From positions 363 through 64,362 of the forward strand of contig CACGUF010000004.1 of the NCBI GenBank assembly GCA_902576125.1: a stretch of DNA of 64,000 nucleotides, given 5' to 3'. Every line of letters begins with the position of its first letter. The first letter of the stretch is position 1. The DNA is from an uncultured Alphaproteobacteria bacterium (GTDB lineage Bacteria; Pseudomonadota; Alphaproteobacteria; HIMB59; GCA-002718135). Under the pieces are notes generated by a model. It did not search any database. It was not told the origin of the DNA and was given only the letters and a program-made list of their open reading frames with translations. Below, piece after piece: positions 18,408 through 27,381 of this stretch. The translations under genes were made by a program, and so were the position numbers.

Positions 18408-19547
18408 ATGCCTTTTTTTAGTTTTTCTATAAATGAGATTAAACCATCTTTAAAAACATTTAATATTACAGCAAATAATGTTTATTTCAGTAAAAACACT
18501 CAATTATGGAAAATATTAAACAAGCAAAGTGCTTCAAGTATAAATTTTTTAAGACATGAAAAAAGACACCCAGTTGAGAATATTGGTAAAAGAATATTAT
18601 TATGTCTTCCACCAAGTATTGGTTTAGGAGATGCAGTTGAATATGCATCGGCGATAAAAAAATTAATTGAGAGTACTATTTTTGATAAAGTTTCTGTTGC
18701 TTTTACTGGTGACTATACATTTTTATTTAGAGATTATTTTAAAATAAATAATTATTATAAATATACAATTACACAAAAGGAAATTTCTACCTTTGATACC
18801 ATTTTTCATCTATCTTTAGAAATTAAAAACCTAGGCAATCAAAAATATTTTCGCTCAAATATATTTGATGAAATTATTAGTTTTTTTAATATTAAATATA
18901 ATAATAACAAAATTCAATTAATACAAAAAAATAAAGTAAGTAAAATTTCAATTTTCCCTCTTTCTAGTTCGCCTATAAGAACAATGCCGATCAAGATTTT
19001 GAGTGATTTGATTAAGATTCTTAAAAAAGATTATGTTATAGAGATATTTCTAGATAATAATTCTGAAGTCTCCAATTTTATTTACAACAAACTGAATCTT
19101 GAAAATATATTTATAGTCGATCCAGAAAAAAAATTAGATCTTGTGCATTTAATTAAAAATATTCAATACGGACTTTTTATGGACTCAGGCCCCTTACACG
19201 TGGCTAAAATGTTTAATAAAAGAGGTATTTTATTAGAGACCAGTGTTTCGTCTAAGATTTTATTAAAAAATTATAAATCAATTAAGGGATTAGAGAACAC
19301 ATTCTCATCAGCTTTTTGTAAGGCACCATGTGGCCTTACCGATATATTTAATTATAGTAATAATTTTGGTTGTTATGATAGCTTAAAAATTAAAAGTAAA
19401 ACTTTGAAAAAAAATAATTTTAAAAATATAATCAGCAGAGGTGTTAAAAATTATTATCTAGAAAATTTTAAAAAGCCAGTAGGTTGTTTATATTCTTTAA
19501 ATGTACAAAACATATATAATACTATAAAAAAAGATTTATCTTTATGA
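18408..19547 (+). CDS. GT9-like (heptosyltransferase-fold) glycosyltransferase, solo
   Basis: RILLCLPPSIGLGDAVEYASAIKKL (early beta-strand + GD loop) and LFMDSGPLHVAKMFNKRGILL (late DSGxxH loop). Its stop overlaps the tdk start as ATGA. Confidence 0.5.
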   Translation: MPFFSFSINEIKPSLKTFNITANNVYFSKNTQLWKILNKQSASSINFLRHEKRHPVENIGKRILLCLPPSIGLGDAVEYASAIKKLIESTIFDKVSVAFTGDYTFLFRDYFKINNYYKYTITQKEISTFDTIFHLSLEIKNLGNQKYFRSNIFDEIISFFNIKYNNNKIQLIQKNKVSKISIFPLSSSPIRTMPIKILSDLIKILKKDYVIEIFLDNNSEVSNFIYNKLNLENIFIVDPEKKLDLVHLIKNIQYGLFMDSGPLHVAKMFNKRGILLETSVSSKILLKNYKSIKGLENTFSSAFCKAPCGLTDIFNYSNNFGCYDSLKIKSKTLKKNNFKNIISRGVKNYYLENFKKPVGCLYSLNVQNIYNTIKKDLSL

Positions 19548-20095
19548 GAGGAAAACTAGAAACTATTGTTGGTGCAATGTTTGCAGGAAAAACTAGCGAA
19601 CTTTTAAAAAGAATATTATGGGCAAAACACCAAAATAAAAAAATAATAGTAATAAAGCCAATCATTGATGACAGATATGATCAAGAGAAAATAATTACTC
19701 ACAATGATTTAAGTCATGAATGTTTTTCTATGAAAGATTGGACTCATGTTAATAATAATTTTAAATTTCATAATGATTTTGTTGATGTTGTCTTTTTAGA
19801 TGAAATACAGTTTATGAAAACTACTGAAACATTAGAGAATGTTGAAAAAATACTAAATTGTGGAATTGATGTTGTTTCTTCTGGCTTAGATCAAGACTCT
19901 AGAGGGAGGCCATGGGAAACGTCCTCAATGCTGCTTGGATTGTCTGATAAAATTATAAAAATTTATGGTTTTTGTAATGTGTGTGGAATGGAGGCAACAA
20001 AAACTTTTAGAAAGACAGAGGGTGGAGACAGAACTCAAGTCGGGGCAGCAGACATATATGAGCCCAGATGTTTAAAACATTGGGCACCAAGATAG
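19544..20095 (+). CDS. tdk: Thymidine kinase
   Basis: GAMFAGKTSELL P-loop, FLDEIQF, and C-terminal zinc cysteines CNVCG...PRC. Confidence 0.9.
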   Translation: MRGKLETIVGAMFAGKTSELLKRILWAKHQNKKIIVIKPIIDDRYDQEKIITHNDLSHECFSMKDWTHVNNNFKFHNDFVDVVFLDEIQFMKTTETLENVEKILNCGIDVVSSGLDQDSRGRPWETSSMLLGLSDKIIKIYGFCNVCGMEATKTFRKTEGGDRTQVGAADIYEPRCLKHWAPR

Positions 20096-22030
20096 CTAAC
20101 TGTTTAGTTTATTTTCTATTAACTTTTTAACCACACTTGGATCTGCCAGTGTTGTAATGTCACCAAGTTGATCATGTTCATTTGCTGCAATTTTTCTCAA
20201 TATTCTTCTCATTATTTTTCCTGAACGGGTTTTTGGCAAACCCTCTGTAAAATGTATAAAGTCTGGAGTTGCAATTGGGCCAATTTTTGATCTAATAGTC
20301 TGAATTAGTTCCTTATTTAATTTTTCATCAGATTCTGTTCCAGCTATAAGAGATACATAACAATATAAACCATTTCCCTTAATATCATGAGGGTAACCAA
20401 CAACAGCAGCTTCAGACACTTTAGGATGCGATACAAAAGCACTTTCAATTTCTGCAGTGCCTAAATTATGACCTGAAACAATTATAACATCATCAACCCT
20501 TCCAGTAATCCAATAGTATCCATCATTATCTCTTCTACACCCGTCTCCAGTAAAATATTTACCATTAAACTGTGAAAAATATGTTGAGATAAATCTTTTA
20601 TGATCACCATAAACACTTCGCATTTGACCTGGCCAAGAATTTTTTAAACACAACATTCCTTCTGCCTCACCTATCTGCTCTTCACCTTCTTTGTTTACTA
20701 TAGAAGGCTCAATCCCATAAAAAGGTTTTGAGGCGGAACCAGGTTTAAGATCAATAGCCCCACTTTGTGGAGAAATTAATATACCCCCAGTTTCAGTTTG
20801 CCACCAAGTATCAACAATTGGACATTTTGAGTTTCCTGGAATTTCATAATACCACCTCCAGGCTTCAGGGTTTATTGGCTCACCAACCGTTCCAAGTAAT
20901 TTTAGAGAAGATCTTGATGTTCTTTTAACATAATCATCCCCTTCTCTCATCAATGCTCTAATTGCTGTTGGAGCAGTATAAAAAATATTAACTTTGTGTT
21001 TATCTATTATTTCCCAAAATCTCGAAAAGTTTGGATAATTAGGTACGCCCTCAAACATTAATGTCGTTGCACCATTTGAAAGTGGACCATAAACGATATA
21101 GCTGTGACCAGTAATCCAACCAATATCAGCTGTACACCAATAGATATCATCTTTTTTATAATTAAAAATATATTCATGAGTCATTGATGCATATACTAAA
21201 TACCCACCAGTCGTGTGTAGCACACCTTTTGGTTTACCTGTTGAACCTGAAGTATATAAAATAAACAGAGGTTCTTCAGCGTTCATTTCTTCTGGTTGAC
21301 AATAATCATCTACTTCAGAAATTAAGTCATCTATATATGTATCCCTCTTATCATCCATATTAACTTTATTTTTTGTATATTTAACAACCAAACATTTTTT
21401 TACATTTGGACAACTATCTAAAGCTCTATCTGTTATTTCTTTAAGTGGAATTTTTTTTCCACCTCTAATTCCTTCATCTGCAGTTACAATATATTCAGAA
21501 TTACAATCTTTAATTCTTCCAGCTATTGACTCAGATGAAAATCCTCCAAATATAATTGAGTGTATTGCACCTATTCTAGCGCATGCCAGCATTACATATG
21601 CCAGTTCAGGTATCATTGTTAAATATATAGTTACTCTGTCACCTCTTTTTACTCCAATTTTTTTAAGAACATTTGCAATTTTACAAACTTTTGTCTGAAG
21701 CTCTTTGTAGCTTATTTTTTTTATTTTTTTTGGGTCATCGCCTTCCCAAATAATTGCCGTTTTGTCAGGTGTATTTTTAGCATGCCTGTCTACACAATTA
21801 TAAGAGACATTTGTTGTACCATCATAATACCAATTAATTTTAACATCATCCTTACTATACAACACATCTTTTATTTTAGTATATGGTTTAAACCAATCTA
21901 TTCTTTTCCCATGTTTTGACCAAAAAGATTCATTGTCAGAGATTGACTCTTCATACATTTTTTCATATTCTTCTTTGTTAACCTTAGCTTCTGAAAGCCA
22001 GCTGTCTTTAATTTTATAAATGTTATTCAT
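20096..22030 (-). CDS. acs: Acetyl-CoA synthetase
   Basis: 644 aa. [49 protein letters not shown] and [11 protein letters not shown] form a full Acs motif set. Confidence 0.97.
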   Translation of the reverse strand: MNNIYKIKDSWLSEAKVNKEEYEKMYEESISDNESFWSKHGKRIDWFKPYTKIKDVLYSKDDVKINWYYDGTTNVSYNCVDRHAKNTPDKTAIIWEGDDPKKIKKISYKELQTKVCKIANVLKKIGVKRGDRVTIYLTMIPELAYVMLACARIGAIHSIIFGGFSSESIAGRIKDCNSEYIVTADEGIRGGKKIPLKEITDRALDSCPNVKKCLVVKYTKNKVNMDDKRDTYIDDLISEVDDYCQPEEMNAEEPLFILYTSGSTGKPKGVLHTTGGYLVYASMTHEYIFNYKKDDIYWCTADIGWITGHSYIVYGPLSNGATTLMFEGVPNYPNFSRFWEIIDKHKVNIFYTAPTAIRALMREGDDYVKRTSRSSLKLLGTVGEPINPEAWRWYYEIPGNSKCPIVDTWWQTETGGILISPQSGAIDLKPGSASKPFYGIEPSIVNKEGEEQIGEAEGMLCLKNSWPGQMRSVYGDHKRFISTYFSQFNGKYFTGDGCRRDNDGYYWITGRVDDVIIVSGHNLGTAEIESAFVSHPKVSEAAVVGYPHDIKGNGLYCYVSLIAGTESDEKLNKELIQTIRSKIGPIATPDFIHFTEGLPKTRSGKIMRRILRKIAANEHDQLGDITTLADPSVVKKLIENKLNS

Positions 22031-22041
22031 AATAATATAAA

Positions 22042-22920
22042 TTAATCATAACCAAATTTATTCATAAAATCTCTAAATTTATTTTCTAATCTTATAATTT
22101 GTTGATTACTCAATTCTTTTTTCCATTGATTTTTTTTCCCCTCCCTAAAAAAGGCTCCTGACATTGCCTCTGCAAAGCCATAATTATTCTCTTGTAATTT
22201 TAATTTTTCAAAGCTCGTTGACTCAATAATATTGTTAATAATTTCAGTACTTATACTAAAATTAACATTATAACTCTCTTCAAAAAACTTAATTATTATT
22301 TTTATTGTTTTTTCTTTTTTGTAAACAAGGTCTTCATATTTTAGTATTAGTTTTGGGACCTCTAAATCATTGTTTGTCCAAGATAAAACATGTTCATCCC
22401 ATGATGATAAAAAAGTTTTTGGCTTAATATTATCAGGTAATTCTGATTTAGTCTGAGCCCACTCTATACATGAATTAAAATTTAGCAAAAAATTAATTGA
22501 TTCATCGTAATTTAAATTTGCATGCTTTGACCAAGAAATAACCACATCTCTTGGATCTCTTACAACATATATGTAACCGGCTGTATTTTTAGAGTTAGTA
22601 AACCAATTATTAATAATTGAAACATAATTAGAGTGAGATTTGATAAAGCCGAAACCTTTATCAATTTTCATATTTTCTTTTTCTTGTAAAATTAACCAAT
22701 ATTTTGAAAGTATTTTTAATTGATCAAGATTTAAAAAATCTTCATTATTAATTTTTTTTATTAAGTTTAGCCTGTCTCTTTTTTCAAACTGACTTGTGTG
22801 CTTTAATTGATTAAGTTGAAATTTTCCATCTTTAGAAAAAAATAATGCACTGATTATTGCTCTTACCAATGTATTGCCACTCTTGGGATAAGAAGAAATC
22901 CAAAAAATATGCTTTGACAT
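22042..22920 (-). CDS. Sulfotransferase-domain protein (PAPS-dependent type)
   Basis: 5'-PSB loop [15 protein letters not shown] and 3'-PB motif [13 protein letters not shown]. It is 11 nt upstream of acs on the same strand. Confidence 0.75.
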   Translation of the reverse strand: MSKHIFWISSYPKSGNTLVRAIISALFFSKDGKFQLNQLKHTSQFEKRDRLNLIKKINNEDFLNLDQLKILSKYWLILQEKENMKIDKGFGFIKSHSNYVSIINNWFTNSKNTAGYIYVVRDPRDVVISWSKHANLNYDESINFLLNFNSCIEWAQTKSELPDNIKPKTFLSSWDEHVLSWTNNDLEVPKLILKYEDLVYKKEKTIKIIIKFFEESYNVNFSISTEIINNIIESTSFEKLKLQENNYGFAEAMSGAFFREGKKNQWKKELSNQQIIRLENKFRDFMNKFGYD

Positions 22921-22990
22921 TTTGTATAGCTTTAAAATTATTATTGTATGTTAACCTTATATACCTCAGTTTTATAACTAGTGCGTATAA

Positions 22991-23407
22991 CTATTTACTT
23001 ATTTTCATTATTTCATCCCATTCTGTTTTTTTTAAAGGCATTACAGAAAGTCTGCTTTGTTTTATTAGGGCAATATTTTTAAGTTTTTTATTATCTTTAA
23101 TAGCTTCAAGAGTGACAGGCTTATTTAGTTTTTCTATTGCTTTTACATCCACTACAACAAACTTATGTTTATTATCTGTAGGATCTGGATAATGTTCCTT
23201 AACTACCTCAACTATACCTACTATGGATTTTTCAGAAACAGAATGATAAAAAAAACATAAATCTTTTTTTTTCATTTTCATTAAATTATTTCTAGCTTGG
23301 TAATTCCTTACACCGTCCCACATATCGATTTTACTTTTAACCTGATCTTCCCACGACCATGTGGATGGTTCAGATTTCATTAGCCAGTACTTAATAGTCA
23401 TAATCAT
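22991..23407 (-). CDS. EVE (PUA-like) domain protein
   Basis: YWLMKSEPSTWSWEDQ...WDGVRNYQARNNL..MKKKDLCFFYHS......IVGIVEV is the typical EVE/THYN1 pattern, in 138 aa. Confidence 0.8.
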   Translation of the reverse strand: MIMTIKYWLMKSEPSTWSWEDQVKSKIDMWDGVRNYQARNNLMKMKKKDLCFFYHSVSEKSIVGIVEVVKEHYPDPTDNKHKFVVVDVKAIEKLNKPVTLEAIKDNKKLKNIALIKQSRLSVMPLKKTEWDEIMKISK

Positions 23408-23442
23408 TTTTATAAAAGATTTTATTAATTAAATATACAAAT

Positions 23443-24447
23443 TTATTTTATAACAAGCCTCGGGCTGGCTTTAAAGTAAATATCCTTACTTGAGCTAAGA
23501 TCTTTATTTATGCAATTCCAAGCAATCATAGCTGCATTATCACTCATCATGTTTCTAGTGGGTAATAAAATTTTAATATTTTTTTTCTCAAAATAATTTT
23601 TAATTTTTTTTGCAATGTATTTATTATTAGAAACGCCACCCACAATTGAAAGAGTATCAATCTCTATAGATTTTTCTTTTAATTTTTTTAGAGTTTTTTT
23701 AATTTTTTCCAATAAAATTTTTGACACGCAAAATTGAAAAGAAGCACTAAGATTTGAAATAAAAATTTCATTTAATTCATTTTCTTTTACAATTTTACTA
23801 ATTGATGTTTTGAGACCCGAAAAAGAAAAATTTAAATTATTTTCATGTAACAGTGGAGTTGGAAGATTGAAAGATATTTCATTGCCATTTAAGGCCATCT
23901 TTTCTATTTCAGGACCACCAGGATATTGTAGTCCTAATAATTTACCAACTTTATCAAAAGTTTCACCCACTGCGTCGTCTAGTGTTTCACCCAACAGAAC
24001 TATCTTTTGTTTTGATTCAACAAGATATATTTCAGTATGACCGCCAGTAAGCAACAAACACAAATGAGGATAATTTAATTCATTATTGAATGTGGGCGAT
24101 AACACATGGCTTTCAATATGATTAATTGGCACAAAAGGTTTGTCAGAGCCTATGGCAAGAGATTTCGCAAATGTTGAACCAATTAATAAAGGCCCAATTA
24201 ATCCAGGACCACACGTTGCCGTAAACACATCAATTTCCTGACAACTTTTACCTGATTCTTTAAAGGCTTGATTCGTTATTTTTTGTAAAATTTCTAGATG
24301 GGCTCTAGATGCTAATTCTGGAACAACACCACCATGCTGTTTGTGGACTTCTTGTGAAAAAATAATATGGCTATATATCTTTTTATCCTCTCTCATAATA
24401 CAAACTGAGGTTTCATCACAAGAGGTTTCTATTGCGAAAACTAGCAT
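23443..24447 (-). CDS. tsaD: tRNA N6-adenosine threonylcarbamoyltransferase
   Basis: AIETSCDETSV...HGGVVPELASRAH...GPGLIGPLLIG..FAK......P...INHIESH...GGVSNN is the Kae1/TsaD pattern. Confidence 0.95.
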   Translation of the reverse strand: MLVFAIETSCDETSVCIMREDKKIYSHIIFSQEVHKQHGGVVPELASRAHLEILQKITNQAFKESGKSCQEIDVFTATCGPGLIGPLLIGSTFAKSLAIGSDKPFVPINHIESHVLSPTFNNELNYPHLCLLLTGGHTEIYLVESKQKIVLLGETLDDAVGETFDKVGKLLGLQYPGGPEIEKMALNGNEISFNLPTPLLHENNLNFSFSGLKTSISKIVKENELNEIFISNLSASFQFCVSKILLEKIKKTLKKLKEKSIEIDTLSIVGGVSNNKYIAKKIKNYFEKKNIKILLPTRNMMSDNAAMIAWNCINKDLSSSKDIYFKASPRLVIK

Positions 24448-24508
24448 ATTTTTTTCGTATATTAAATTCTTCTGTTAAACAACAAGGTAATAATGATAAA
24501 AAGTTTGT

Positions 24509-25384
24509 GTGAAAAATTTACTTCAAAATATCTATATTTTTTCTAAATTATCCATAAGCTTTATTCTAATATTTATAATAATTTTACTCATTTACTTCTT
24601 TTATGTAAGTTATTCTTCAATATCTAATCAAGAAACTGCTGAAACAACAAAAAACAATGATCTTGTAAATTCTATAAATTTAAATTCATCTAGAATTGAA
24701 AAAATAGAAGTTTTAATTAATGAAAACAACTCAAAGCTTACTGGTATTATAAATTTATTAAATTCAAACGATCAAAATAATGAATCAGATATTATTCTAA
24801 AAAACATTCAAAGTGACTTCAATAATATTAAATTAGAACTGGAAAAATTACAAAATGCATTTCAAGAAGGAAATATTTCTAAAGATAAATCAGCCAGTCT
24901 CAGTAATTATAATAATAAAGAAATTGCAATTCAGTTAATAAAATATAAATTTGAAAATGGACAAAGTTACTCAGCAGAATTAGAACTACTTTCGCAGCTC
25001 TTAGGATCTAAAAACACACCAATAATAGAAAAGTTATATTTAATTAATAACAATAGATTTGCTGGTAATCAAACTTTAGTATTAAATTTAAAAAAAGAAA
25101 CTGATATTTATATTGCTAATAATTTTGTAAAACATAATAAAATTATAAATATAATACTGCCATATATTAAAATAGAGCCATCAAAAAAGAAAAAATTATC
25201 AGATAAAAGATTAATAACTTTAGATAATATTTTTAGAGAAATACAAAATAAAAATTATTCAAAATCGATAGACCTAATTAATTCAATTGATAAAGATTCT
25301 AATTATTTTAAATTAACATTAGAACAGCTGTCTATCGCCTTTGATTTTGATAGAACAATAGGAAAAATTTTAGGAAATGGTTAA
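24509..25384 (+). CDS. Membrane-anchored coiled-coil protein, candidate alphaproteobacterial Mic60 (mitofilin-like) homolog
   Basis: GTG start. There is one N-terminal TM (LSISFILIFIIILLIYFFYV), a coiled-coil-like middle (KIEVLINENNSKL...NIKLELEKLQNAF) and a ~120-aa C-terminal domain. It overlaps the downstream HemY-like gene by 8 nt, which is the known alpha-Mic60/HemY-like neighbourhood. Confidence 0.4.
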   Translation: MKNLLQNIYIFSKLSISFILIFIIILLIYFFYVSYSSISNQETAETTKNNDLVNSINLNSSRIEKIEVLINENNSKLTGIINLLNSNDQNNESDIILKNIQSDFNNIKLELEKLQNAFQEGNISKDKSASLSNYNNKEIAIQLIKYKFENGQSYSAELELLSQLLGSKNTPIIEKLYLINNNRFAGNQTLVLNLKKETDIYIANNFVKHNKIINIILPYIKIEPSKKKKLSDKRLITLDNIFREIQNKNYSKSIDLINSIDKDSNYFKLTLEQLSIAFDFDRTIGKILGNG

Positions 25385-26687
25385 ACTTTTAATATTATTT
25401 TTTCAGCTTTTTATTCTAATATTTCTGGCTACTTATTTCATAACAAACTCTTTTATAGTTACTTTTGATATTAATGAGTTGCAATATACTTTTTCTTCAA
25501 ACTTACTTTTATTTTTATTTCTCTTATTAATGATATCTGCTTTTATCGTTCAGTTATTTTATTTTAAATCACGGTATAATTTACAAAAATACTTTCTTTT
25601 AAAAAATAATAAAAAATTAAAGGAAGGCTATGATTATTTTGTAAAAGCAATGATTGCTCTAGCAAATAAGGATAAAAAAAATGCAGTAATCGCAAGTAAT
25701 AAAATGAAAAAATTAATTAAAGATGATCAAGGATTATCTTTATTACTAAATGCAGAAATTTTTAAGATAGAAAAAAAATATCAAGAACTTTCCTTATTGC
25801 ATGAGGAAATGATAAAAAATAAAAATACTGAAGCTTTAGGTTATAAAGGTTTAATGGAAGAGAATATAATCAAACAAGATTATCACCATGCTTTTATTTA
25901 TGGAGAAAAACTATTTCAAATTAATCCTTATATAGACAAACTATATTTAACATTAGTATCAATCATTGCTAAAACAAGAAACTGGAATCAACTTATCTAT
26001 CTATCTAAAGAAGCATATAATAAAAAAATAATTGATTTAAAGTTATTTAATAAAAACACTGGCATTGCTCACTATGAAATAAGTAAAATTAAAAAAGAGA
26101 GTGATCCAGAGGACTCTTTAAATTTAATTTTAAAGGCAATAAAACTTTGTGGTCCATTTCCTCCATTTATCAAACTGTATTTAGAAATTTTAATTATTAA
26201 AAATGATATTTCTAAAATAAATAAAATAATTAAAAAGTATTGGAATAGTGAGCCAAGTTCATCTTTAAGAAATATTATTTCTGAATTTCTAAAAAAACAC
26301 AATATGTCAAAACTTGAAAATATTAAATTTATTATAAAAGGAAGTAATGATCACAAAGAATCAAAAAAGTTATTGGTAGATTTTGCCATTATTAATAATG
26401 ATTGGTCTATAGCAAGAGAAAATGTTAAGGGTTTGATACAGTTAAATCCAGATCGTGAAATTTGTGAATTTATGGCTGCTTTAGAAATGGGAGAATTTAA
26501 TGATATTCAAAAAAGAGACTCATGGATGTTAAGGGCAGAAAATGCAAATTTAGATGAAATATGGATTTGTCAAATTACCAATATACCTCAGAACAACTGG
26601 AGTTCAGTTTCTGACTCTGGGCATTTTAATTCTCTTGAATGGAGAAGACCAAAAATGTTAGGAACAAATATATTAAAAAATGGATAA
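25377..26687 (+). CDS. HemY-like protein (HemY_N domain + TPR-like region)
   Basis: Two N-terminal TM helices, then ...LKEGYDYFVKAMIALANKDKKNAVIASNKMKKL... and a helical repeat region. The architecture and size match alphaproteobacterial HemY-like proteins. Confidence 0.65.
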   Translation: MVKLLILFFQLFILIFLATYFITNSFIVTFDINELQYTFSSNLLLFLFLLLMISAFIVQLFYFKSRYNLQKYFLLKNNKKLKEGYDYFVKAMIALANKDKKNAVIASNKMKKLIKDDQGLSLLLNAEIFKIEKKYQELSLLHEEMIKNKNTEALGYKGLMEENIIKQDYHHAFIYGEKLFQINPYIDKLYLTLVSIIAKTRNWNQLIYLSKEAYNKKIIDLKLFNKNTGIAHYEISKIKKESDPEDSLNLILKAIKLCGPFPPFIKLYLEILIIKNDISKINKIIKKYWNSEPSSSLRNIISEFLKKHNMSKLENIKFIIKGSNDHKESKKLLVDFAIINNDWSIARENVKGLIQLNPDREICEFMAALEMGEFNDIQKRDSWMLRAENANLDEIWICQITNIPQNNWSSVSDSGHFNSLEWRRPKMLGTNILKNG

Positions 26688-27381
26688 TTTAAATATTTAC
26701 ATAGGCTATGACTCAAAAGAAGACATTGCTTATAGAGTTTGCAAACATTCTATTTTAAAGCGATCAAATTCAAATTTAAAAGTTATGTCTCTTAAACTTT
26801 ATGAATTAGTAGCAAATAATATGTACTCAAGAGATATTGATCCTTTAGCTTCAACAGAGTTTACCTATTCTCGTTTTTTAGTTCCTGCTTTGAACAAATA
26901 CAATGGCTGGGCCATATTTTGTGATTGTGACTTTATTTTTTTCGAAGACTTATCTAAAATTCTTGAAAATCTAGACGACTCTAAAGCCGTATATTGTGTG
27001 AAACATGATTATACTCCAAAAGAAAAACATAAAATGGATGGTCAAAAACAAACTATTTATCCAAGAAAAAATTGGTCTAGTTTTATATTATTCAATTGCT
27101 CCCATCCAAGTAACAAACAATTAACTGTAAACTTGGTAAATTCAGAGACAGGGTCATTCCTTCATCAATTCAAATGGCTAAAAGATAGTGAAATTGGATC
27201 ACTAGATGAACGATGGAATTGGCTTGAAGGTTGGACTTCAAATCACAATAACAACAAACCATTTGCTGTTCATTACACACGAGGTGGCCCATGGTTTGAT
27301 GAATGGCAAGATGTTGAATTTGCTAATGAATGGATTTCTGAAAGAGATGAGTATTTAAAAAATAAATTTACTGGAGATTAG
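26680..27381 (+). CDS. GT8-like nucleotide-sugar glycosyltransferase (DxD)
   Basis: STEFTYSRFLVPAL followed by AIFCDCDFIFFEDL (DxD) and a later H-rich region (VHYTRGGPW). The GT-A/GT8-like motif order is seen by eye only. Confidence 0.45.
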   Translation: MDNLNIYIGYDSKEDIAYRVCKHSILKRSNSNLKVMSLKLYELVANNMYSRDIDPLASTEFTYSRFLVPALNKYNGWAIFCDCDFIFFEDLSKILENLDDSKAVYCVKHDYTPKEKHKMDGQKQTIYPRKNWSSFILFNCSHPSNKQLTVNLVNSETGSFLHQFKWLKDSEIGSLDERWNWLEGWTSNHNNNKPFAVHYTRGGPWFDEWQDVEFANEWISERDEYLKNKFTGD

